Origin: Candidatus Woesearchaeota archaeon
GTDB taxonomy: Archaea > Nanobdellota > Nanobdellia > Pacearchaeales > GW2011-AR1
DNA length: 64,000 nucleotides
Assembly: GCA_964495875.1 (NCBI GenBank)
Contig: CAZBWB010000002.1
Location: forward strand, 24,363 to 88,362
Direction: 5' to 3'
A model generated the notes under the pieces. The model saw only the letters and a list, made by a program, of their open reading frames with translations. It made no database searches and was not told the DNA's origin. How positions within the stretch are numbered: position 1 is the first letter of the stretch; every line of letters starts with the position of its first letter. The position numbers were made by a program, and so were the translations under genes. Below, piece after piece: positions 25,581 to 32,698 of the stretch.

Positions 25581-25799
25581 ATGCCAACAAAATTAAAAAA
25601 AACAAAATCAGCAGGAAGGTTTGGAGCAAGATATGGCAGGTCTGTGAGAGCAAAGCTTATAGAAACAGAATCAAAACAAAGAAAAAAACAAAAATGCCCT
25701 TATTGTGGGAAAATGGGAATAAAGAGATTGTCTAAGGGAATTTGGAAATGCCCAAAATGCAATAAAAAATTTACATCAGATGTATATTATTTAAAATAA
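25581..25799 (+). CDS. rpl37ae: 50S ribosomal protein L37Ae (eL43)
   Basis: SAGRFGARYGRSVR...CPYCGK...GIWKCPKCNKKF; ORF-track N-terminus (25395-25580) is read-through of the tRNA. Confidence 0.9.
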   Translation: MPTKLKKTKSAGRFGARYGRSVRAKLIETESKQRKKQKCPYCGKMGIKRLSKGIWKCPKCNKKFTSDVYYLK

Positions 25800-25800
25800 A

Positions 25801-25938
25801 ATGACAGCCTATAAGTGTTTCAAGTGCGGGAAGAAAGTGATTGTTAAAAATCTTGAGAAGAGATTCATCTGTCCGTATTGCGGAAGTAAGATTTTTTATA
25901 AACCCCGGACAAGAATAAGAAAATTGAAAATAGAATGA
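25801..25938 (+). CDS. rpoP: DNA-directed RNA polymerase subunit P (Rpo12), 45 aa
   Basis: Below ORF-track cutoff. MTAYKCFKCGKKVIVKNLEKRFICPYCGSKIFYKPRTRIRKLKIE has the CxxC...CPYCG zinc ribbon of RpoP. Confidence 0.75.
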   Translation: MTAYKCFKCGKKVIVKNLEKRFICPYCGSKIFYKPRTRIRKLKIE

Positions 25939-26246
25939 TGAAAGAACAAAAAATTCAGGAAATACAGATGTTGGAACAGAATTTGCAAAATTTGCTTTTT
26001 CAGAAACAGGCATTTCAGATGGAATCTTCTGAAACAGAATCAGCATTAACAGCAATTGAAAGTTCCGGAGAGGAAGTTTTCAAAATTATCGGGCAGTTGA
26101 TGGTAAAAACAGAAAAATCAAAAATCAAAGAAGAACTTGAAAACAAGAAAAAAATACTTGAACTAAGAATAAAGACACTTGAAAACCAAGAAACTTCATT
26201 ATCAAAAAAACTTGAGGAATTAAGAGAGGAAGTAATGAAAAAATAA
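25935..26246 (+). CDS. pfdB: prefoldin beta subunit
   Basis: 103-aa coiled coil, QEIQMLEQNLQNLLFQKQAFQ...; ATGA overlap with rpoP stop. Confidence 0.8.
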   Translation: MMKEQKIQEIQMLEQNLQNLLFQKQAFQMESSETESALTAIESSGEEVFKIIGQLMVKTEKSKIKEELENKKKILELRIKTLENQETSLSKKLEELREEVMKK

Positions 26247-26283
26247 TATTATTTGATATCTATTCTGATAAATCACAGAAATC

Positions 26284-26291
26284 TTTATAAA
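26284..26291 (+). promoter_or_regulatory. TATA box (TTTATAAA), leaderless spacing
   Basis: Centre 25.5 nt upstream of ATG 26313; supports the trimmed SepF start. Confidence 0.6.
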
Positions 26292-26312
26292 TATCTCATC
26301 TATAATTTTACT

Positions 26313-26708
26313 ATGGTTTTTGATAAGATAAAAAGATTTGTTTCAGGCTCACTCAAAGATAAAGAAGACCTTGGAGAAGAATATATAGAAATTGACCTGG
26401 ACAAGGAAGAAAAAGAAAACAAAGTTCTCGTAAAACTTTTCTCTCTAAAACAATATGACGATGTTAATGATATTTTAAATGCATTAAGAGAAGGATATAC
26501 TATAACTATAATTGATATAAGAGATTTGAGAAAAAAAGACCCAATTGAATTAAAGAGGGCTATAGCCAAAATCAAAAAAACAACAGATGCTCTTGAAGGC
26601 AATATCGCTGGATTTGGTGAAAATATCGTGATAGTAACTCCTTCTTTTGCCAAAATTTATAAAGAAAGTCCAAAACCAAGAGAATCAAGAAATAAGTTTG
26701 AATCATAA
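26313..26708 (+). CDS. sepF: cell division protein SepF (DUF552)
   Basis: VKLFSLKQYDDVNDILNALREGYTITIIDIRDL...LEGNIAGFGENIVIVTP matches the SepF core. Confidence 0.75.
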   Translation: MVFDKIKRFVSGSLKDKEDLGEEYIEIDLDKEEKENKVLVKLFSLKQYDDVNDILNALREGYTITIIDIRDLRKKDPIELKRAIAKIKKTTDALEGNIAGFGENIVIVTPSFAKIYKESPKPRESRNKFES

Positions 26709-26739
26709 ACTTTAAAACCTGTTTATTTCTTCCAAAATC

Positions 26740-27372
26740 ATGAAATCCATATTTATCCCTGCAAAAATCAAGGCAAGAGTAAACAAAAAGAAAATAAAAT
26801 TTCTTTCAAAGAAACTTCCGAAAAATATAGCAATTGTTTATTCTGTTCAGTATCAAGAAATAGCTAAAAATATAAAAGAAATCCTCTTAGAAGACCATAA
26901 TATAACTGATTTTTTCCAAATTTTAGGATGTTCAAAGCCGGATTTTTCAAGCCAAACACAGGCAGTATTATTGATAACCTCTGGAAGATTTCATGCAATG
27001 TCTCTTGCAATTGAATCCAATCTTCCTATTTATATATTGGGAAATAAAGAATTAAAACAGATTTCAAAAGAAGAAATAATATCCCTTAAGAAAAAACAAA
27101 AAGCAGCTTATTTGAAATTTCTAAATGCAGATTGTGTCGGGATTTTAGTATCAACAAAACCAGGACAGGAAAATCTGAAAAAAGCTCTTGGGTTAAAAAA
27201 AAGCCTTGATAAAAAGTCTTATGTATTAATAGGGAATGAAATCAATAGTTTAGAATTTGAAAATTTCTCAATTGATTCTTGGATAAATACAGCATGCCCA
27301 AGATTAGACATGGATTTTCCTATTATTAATATAAGAGAATTAAACATTAGCAAGTCCAAAAAGAGTTTTTAG
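26740..27372 (+). CDS. dph2: miniature Dph2-like diphthamide-synthesis radical-SAM protein (210 aa)
   Basis: TSGRFHA and NTACPRLD motifs; one Cys in each third (LGCSKP, NADCVG, TACPR). Confidence 0.55.
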   Translation: MKSIFIPAKIKARVNKKKIKFLSKKLPKNIAIVYSVQYQEIAKNIKEILLEDHNITDFFQILGCSKPDFSSQTQAVLLITSGRFHAMSLAIESNLPIYILGNKELKQISKEEIISLKKKQKAAYLKFLNADCVGILVSTKPGQENLKKALGLKKSLDKKSYVLIGNEINSLEFENFSIDSWINTACPRLDMDFPIINIRELNISKSKKSF

Positions 27373-27729
27373 AGCCACAACAATTGTTGCAGGAACAAAC
27401 AAAGCCAAAAGAGCAGCAAAAGTTGAAGAGACTATATTTCCAACCCCTAATCCGAGAAGCGAACCAAGAACACTTTCCATTCCAAATCTGCTTACAACAA
27501 CAAGAATTGCACCAGTAATTAAAAATGTCTGAGAGTCCTTTCTTGCCACTTTTATTGAAAATCCAACGACTAACCCAATAATTACCAATATACCATAAAT
27601 TATAGAACTATATGTTTGCAAAGAGGGTATTGAAAAAAAACTTGCAGAAATTCCGATTAAAACAGCGAGTATAACTCCTATCAGAAATGCCCATGCACCA
27701 ATTGAATTTTCTCTAGCTTTTATCCCCAT
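27340..27729 (-). CDS. hypothetical membrane protein (4 predicted TM helices)
   Basis: Hydrophobic, Gly-rich helices; converges on and overlaps the Dph2-like 3' end by 33 nt. Confidence 0.5.
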   Translation of the reverse strand: MGIKARENSIGAWAFLIGVILAVLIGISASFFSIPSLQTYSSIIYGILVIIGLVVGFSIKVARKDSQTFLITGAILVVVSRFGMESVLGSLLGLGVGNIVSSTFAALLALFVPATIVVALKTLFGLANV

Positions 27730-27877
27730 TTTTTCTTAATAAAAATACTTCTGTCAAATATATAAATGTTTTTGTCGTCATAAAAATAACAAAAATATAG
27801 GAAAACTCCATGTATTTAATAAATATTTTACAACACAGAAATATTTATAAACCATAGTAACTCCGAAATGATTACAA

Positions 27878-29560
27878 ATGAAAACAAAAATCTTCACATT
27901 ATTGAGCTTAAGCATTTTAGCTTTGGTGATAATGGCTGGAGTGGTAAGTGCAGCAATAACTCTTACGCCAGATACATATTCAACAAGCATACAACAAGAT
28001 GCTTCAGATTCTTTTACTTTTGTGATTCATAATGATGGAGCAGGTGGAGATTATAATCTAATTAATATAAGTGCAGATGTTTCTGATTTAACAGGTTCTG
28101 CTGGAACAATTTCTTCAGATAATGTTGTTATATCAAATCTTCCAACAAGTGTTGGAGATGATGAAGATAGTTCTGATGTCACTGTTAAAATAAATATTGA
28201 TGAATTTCAAGCAGCAGGAGTATACACAGGAACAATAGAAATTAGTGGGGAGCATGAAGGTTCAACTGGTTCACCAGATCCTAAACAAATTTCTCTTACA
28301 GTGACAGTAACAGAAAAACCAAGACCTGAAGAAGTTCAGGAATGTATATTAACAGGAAATGATGCTGGAGCAGATAATGATGATTTAGAACTTAAAATAA
28401 AAGACATATCTGTTGTATCTGGATTTGGTGAGGATACAGATTGGTTCCCTTTTGACAAAGTTGAAGTAGAAATTGAGGTAAAGAATGATAATAATGATTA
28501 TAAGATGAAAGATATCACAATCGGATGGGGACTTTATGATACTGAAACAGGAGACTGGTATGTTGATGAAGAAGAGAATGATTTTAACTTAAAATCTGAT
28601 GATAAAAAAACTTTAACAGTAAGTTTTGAACTTGATGAAGATATAGATGAACTTGCTGAAGGAGATTATGTTTTTTATGTTTGGGCTAATGCTGTTTTAG
28701 ATGCAGACACAGAAAAAGATCTTTGTGCGAGTGTTTTCGAAGACGAAATTTCAATAGCAGATGAAAACGACTTTGTAATTTTGAATAATATACAATTTCC
28801 AGAAACAGCCTCTTGCGGAAGCCCAATTCAAATAACAGCAAATGTCTGGAATATTGGTGATGAAGATCAAGAAGATGTTCTTGTTGTAATTCAAAGCGAA
28901 GAATTAGGAATCACTAAAAAAATAGTTGTAGGAGATATTGATGCTTTTGAAGATGAAAAGATTGATGTTCTTTTGAATATTCCTCAGGATGCAGAAGAAA
29001 AATCATACCTATTTTCTTTGAAGGTATTTGACGAATATGGAGAAGTATTTGAAAATGATAATGATGACAAGGCAGAATTCCAAGTTTACTTAAAAGTTGA
29101 AGGTTTATGCTCAAGTGAACCAAAAGTGACAGTTTCTGCTTCATTAGAATCAGAAGCAAAAGCAGGCGAGGATTTGATAATTAAAGTAACTGTAACAAAT
29201 AGTGGTGTAAAAACAGGCACATTTGATGTAAGTTTGAGTGATTATTCTGATTGGGCAACTTTGGAAAGTGTTGTTCCAGGAACTCTTACTCTGAATGCAG
29301 GAGATTCAGAAGACGTTATAGTAACACTAAAAATAAATTCAGATGTTTCCGGCAACAAGAACTTTAATGTTTTAGTAACAGAAGGAACAAAAGTATTTTC
29401 ACAGCCAATTGCAGTAATGGTAGAAAAACAAGGCGGATTTGGCGGAATTACAGGCGGAATAATCTCAGAAGGAAACTGGCCAATCTGGGTAATCGGAGCA
29501 GTGAATGTTGTTCTGATATTCATAATAATTCTAGTAGCACTAAAAGTTGCTAAAAAGTAG
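27878..29560 (+). CDS. acidic surface protein with CARDB-like beta-sandwich repeats and a C-terminal TM anchor
   Basis: Sec signal (LSILALVIMAGVVSA), repeated ...VTVTNSG/ANVWNIGD... segments, C-terminus GGFGGITGGIISEGNWPIWVIGAVNVVLIFIIILVALKVAKK. Confidence 0.7.
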   Translation: MKTKIFTLLSLSILALVIMAGVVSAAITLTPDTYSTSIQQDASDSFTFVIHNDGAGGDYNLINISADVSDLTGSAGTISSDNVVISNLPTSVGDDEDSSDVTVKINIDEFQAAGVYTGTIEISGEHEGSTGSPDPKQISLTVTVTEKPRPEEVQECILTGNDAGADNDDLELKIKDISVVSGFGEDTDWFPFDKVEVEIEVKNDNNDYKMKDITIGWGLYDTETGDWYVDEEENDFNLKSDDKKTLTVSFELDEDIDELAEGDYVFYVWANAVLDADTEKDLCASVFEDEISIADENDFVILNNIQFPETASCGSPIQITANVWNIGDEDQEDVLVVIQSEELGITKKIVVGDIDAFEDEKIDVLLNIPQDAEEKSYLFSLKVFDEYGEVFENDNDDKAEFQVYLKVEGLCSSEPKVTVSASLESEAKAGEDLIIKVTVTNSGVKTGTFDVSLSDYSDWATLESVVPGTLTLNAGDSEDVIVTLKINSDVSGNKNFNVLVTEGTKVFSQPIAVMVEKQGGFGGITGGIISEGNWPIWVIGAVNVVLIFIIILVALKVAKK

Positions 29561-29572
29561 AGATAAAGAATT

Positions 29573-30190
29573 TCATTTCCTGAAAATCTTCTTGTAAATT
29601 TTTTCTCCGAATTTATATTCTTTTTCCAATCTTATTATTAGCATTCCGCATACATAACCTATTAATCCGCCAATCACTACGTCACTTAAAAAGTGAAGTC
29701 CAAAATAGACTCTTGAAAATGCTACTAGCGAAGCAAAAGCAATCCATATATATTTGAATCTTGGAAATTGTTTTGATAAAATAGGAACAGCACAAAAGGC
29801 GAGCATTGCATGAAAAGACGGAAAAGAAAAATTCCATGTTAAATAACTGGCTTTTTCAAGCAAAGGCAAAACAGAAACAATACCTAATTGGAAAGGTCTC
29901 TGTTTTTGCACAATTATCTTTAAAACAAAGCTTACCAATACTGAAACACCCAATGTGGTCCATAGAGGAAGAATCCACTTTCTTTTATGCTCTCTCCACA
30001 AAAATAAACTTGTCAGAAAAAAGAAAATTATGATTGAAGAGCTGAGGGAAGTTATGCCAAGAAAAAAATCATTTAGAATATCATTCCTTAAAAAAGAAAC
30101 CCCATAAACTATGTCTGAATCAAAATATAAACTTACTGTCACTATTAATAACAGCAACAAGCCCCAGATAAGCCCTCTTTTTTTATCCAT
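29573..30190 (-). CDS. PAP2-family lipid phosphate phosphatase
   Basis: All three PAP2 motifs: KIIVQKQRP, PSFHA, SRVYFGLHFLSDV. Confidence 0.8.
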   Translation of the reverse strand: MDKKRGLIWGLLLLLIVTVSLYFDSDIVYGVSFLRNDILNDFFLGITSLSSSIIIFFFLTSLFLWREHKRKWILPLWTTLGVSVLVSFVLKIIVQKQRPFQLGIVSVLPLLEKASYLTWNFSFPSFHAMLAFCAVPILSKQFPRFKYIWIAFASLVAFSRVYFGLHFLSDVVIGGLIGYVCGMLIIRLEKEYKFGEKIYKKIFRK

Positions 30191-30209
30191 TATTCTATAA
30201 ACATTAAAT

Positions 30210-30219
30210 TATTTAAATA
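30210..30219. promoter_or_regulatory. palindromic bidirectional TATA box TATTTAAATA
   Basis: The 8-mer register is 25.5 nt from both divergent ATGs (30190 minus, 30239 plus); intergenic space is only 48 nt. Confidence 0.55.
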
Positions 30220-30238
30220 CGTTTCCACTAAAATATTT

Positions 30239-30808
30239 ATGAAAAAAGGTTCAAAAACATTATTTTCAATATTGATAAGATACATAATCTTGATTTTATT
30301 AGGATTGCCAAATCTCTGGCTTTTTTATCTCATCTTCACTCCATTGACAGTCTACCCTGTTTTTTTTCTTCTAAATTTATTTTTTACAGCCTCTTTAGCG
30401 GGTAACTCTATCTCTATACCTTTGCTTTCTGACAAAATTGAAATAATAGAAGCATGTGTGGCAGGTGCTGCATATTACCTGCTCTTGATTCTTAATCTGG
30501 CAATTCCAATGAAAATAAACAAAAGATTAAAGATGTTCTTATTCTCTTTTGGAGCTCTCCTTTTACTGAACATTCTCAGAATTTTTTTGCTTAGTCTATT
30601 GTTTATTTCTGGAACATCTTTTTTTGATATAACGCATGAACTTTTTTGGTATTTGGGAAGCACAATTTTTGTCGTAGGAATCTGGTTTGCCGGCGTTAAA
30701 ATTTTTAAGATTAAAGAAATTCCCTTTTATTCGGATTTAAAAAATACAGGAATTTTAAAATATTTAAAGAAAACTAAGAAATCCAAGCGTTCCAAAAAGA
30801 ATAAATAA
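30239..30808 (+). CDS. small exosortase/archaeosortase-family-like membrane protein
   Basis: 189 aa, polytopic; ordered Cys (IEACVAG), Arg (LLNILRIF) and His (DITHELFWY) in or near TM segments, as in archaeosortase active sites. Confidence 0.5.
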   Translation: MKKGSKTLFSILIRYIILILLGLPNLWLFYLIFTPLTVYPVFFLLNLFFTASLAGNSISIPLLSDKIEIIEACVAGAAYYLLLILNLAIPMKINKRLKMFLFSFGALLLLNILRIFLLSLLFISGTSFFDITHELFWYLGSTIFVVGIWFAGVKIFKIKEIPFYSDLKNTGILKYLKKTKKSKRSKKNK

Positions 30809-31240
30809 TCCAGCTATCAACACTCCGATTGATATTGCTAAAATACTTTTTTTTCTGTTTAAATCAAGTAGCCATGACAAAAGGCAACCTGTCCAAGCGC
30901 CTGTTCCGGGCAAAGGAACTGCAACAAATAAAATCAATGCAAAAAATCCGAGTGTTTCATATCTCTTTTCAAATCTGTCAACCTTTTTCTGAAATCTTTC
31001 AATATATTTTTCAAATAATTTTTTATAAAAATTAGTTCTTAAAAAAATATGATGGAGATTGTCCAAAAAATAAAATACAAAAAAAATCACGAAAATATTC
31101 AACAAAACTATCAGAGAAAAAATGAGCCATACCGGAATATTGTGCTCTGTGGCATATAATATCGCAATAGGCAAACCTGCCCTTAATTCAGTTACAGGCA
31201 TTATCGTAAGAAGAACTGCATAAAGAAGTCTCAAGTCCAT
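30764..31240 (-). CDS. small multi-TM protein (COG2426 'small multidrug export'-like)
   Basis: N-terminal LLTIMPVTELRAGLPIA motif; 158 aa. Confidence 0.5.
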   Translation of the reverse strand: MDLRLLYAVLLTIMPVTELRAGLPIAILYATEHNIPVWLIFSLIVLLNIFVIFFVFYFLDNLHHIFLRTNFYKKLFEKYIERFQKKVDRFEKRYETLGFFALILFVAVPLPGTGAWTGCLLSWLLDLNRKKSILAISIGVLIAGLFILFGTLGFLSFL

Positions 31241-31245
31241 TTTAT

Positions 31246-32007
31246 TTAATCTTCATTTTGTTCCTCTAACGCTTCATTAACTCTTGCAAGCATTTCTACC
31301 ATTAATTTTTCTGTGACTTGGAGTACTTCACAGTTATTTATATTCAAATTGTAACAGGTATTATCAAATTGCTCTATACTTGTTTCATTCCCCTGTTGTA
31401 ATTGTATAAAAGTATATTCTCTTCCAGGGTCACATACAAGACTTTCATTTTTTATAGGTTCACCTTTTAAAGCAACCATTAGATTCATTAGATTTGCAAC
31501 ACCGATAATTCCATCACCATCACAATTAAAATTTTCTGTAAAATTTAAAACAATTTGTTTTCTCATAACCAATTCTTCTACGTCGAAAGGTATCTTTTCT
31601 AATTTTCTTGGATCATTTCTTAAATAAAAATTATAATGTCCTGCAATTACTTTTCCAAGAGTAACCTTTTTATCAGAACCTACTGGTAAAGAAGTTTTAT
31701 AAATTGTTTTTCCAACAAGTGTTTTTCTGTCAATTTCAAATTTAATCCCTTTATAAGTAAAATGATTCATAGAATTAATTAAAATAAAAATTCCAACAAA
31801 AAATAATGCCAGTATTCCTGCAATCAAAAATATTTTTTTTAATTGTTCATTCTCTTTTTTTATTTGTTCTTCAACTTTTTTCTCGGGTTTTTCCCCATCT
31901 TCAATAATTTTCCCCCCGTCATCTTTTTCTTTTTTAATATCAATAATTTCACGAGTTTCCTCTTTCTTCTTCTCTTTTTCCTTCCCTTTTCTTTCTCTTT
32001 TTTTCAT
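31246..32007 (-). CDS. N-terminally anchored extracellular protein (paralogue 1)
   Basis: K/E-rich cytoplasmic head, one TM, ectodomain with FTYKGIKFEI and ...ETSIEQFDNTCYNL; own CTTATAAA box 25.5 nt upstream. Confidence 0.55.
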   Translation of the reverse strand: MKKRERKGKEKEKKKEETREIIDIKKEKDDGGKIIEDGEKPEKKVEEQIKKENEQLKKIFLIAGILALFFVGIFILINSMNHFTYKGIKFEIDRKTLVGKTIYKTSLPVGSDKKVTLGKVIAGHYNFYLRNDPRKLEKIPFDVEELVMRKQIVLNFTENFNCDGDGIIGVANLMNLMVALKGEPIKNESLVCDPGREYTFIQLQQGNETSIEQFDNTCYNLNINNCEVLQVTEKLMVEMLARVNEALEEQNED

Positions 32008-32041
32008 TATCTTTAATTTCTATCTTAGTTTATAAGTTTTA

Positions 32042-32605
32042 TTATATTCCAATTATTTTAAGTAAGAAGCCATCAGTAATCTTTGCCAAATCTTCTAATT
32101 TTCCTCTGATAAATACACAATTATTATCCTGAACAATCTCGGTTGCATCTGCTTCTTTAATTGTGATAAAATTATCTTCGCAGGTTTTTACAGGAAGCTC
32201 TTCATCTTCACACACTTCTCCATCCAAACAGGCCAATTGCATTCTCTGTATTATAGACTCAAGATTACGATAAATCTCGCTGGAGGATTCTATATCATCT
32301 GACGAAATATAAAGAGGTTTGTCATAATAATTATTTATGGATTTTAATTCTGAATCAATTGTTTCTATCTCATTTGGATTATATCTGAATGAAAACTCAG
32401 AATTTTCAATTTCAACAATCCAAAACCCGTTTTTTTCAATAAATTCATACCCGTTATAGGTAATCTTATTTTCTTCAGAATTACTTCTGCTAAAAGAATA
32501 CCCAAAAATACTCGCAAATAGGATTAAAACCAAAGCCAATCCAACAATTAACTGATTTCTTTTCTTCTTCTTTTCTTCTTTTCTTTTTGATGTTATCTTT
32601 CTCAT
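32042..32605 (-). CDS. N-terminally anchored extracellular protein (paralogue 2)
   Basis: Same architecture; ITYNGYEFIE and ...ATEIVQDNNCVFI align with 31246..32007; own TTTTTATA box 25.5 nt upstream. Confidence 0.55.
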   Translation of the reverse strand: MRKITSKRKEEKKKKRNQLIVGLALVLILFASIFGYSFSRSNSEENKITYNGYEFIEKNGFWIVEIENSEFSFRYNPNEIETIDSELKSINNYYDKPLYISSDDIESSSEIYRNLESIIQRMQLACLDGEVCEDEELPVKTCEDNFITIKEADATEIVQDNNCVFIRGKLEDLAKITDGFLLKIIGI

Positions 32606-32698
32606 ATTAGATAAATCAAATTATAATATAAAAACTTTTTCAAAGCTCCTGCCATGATGTTAAAAAAAAGAAAAAGAAAATAAAATAAAAAATTAAAC

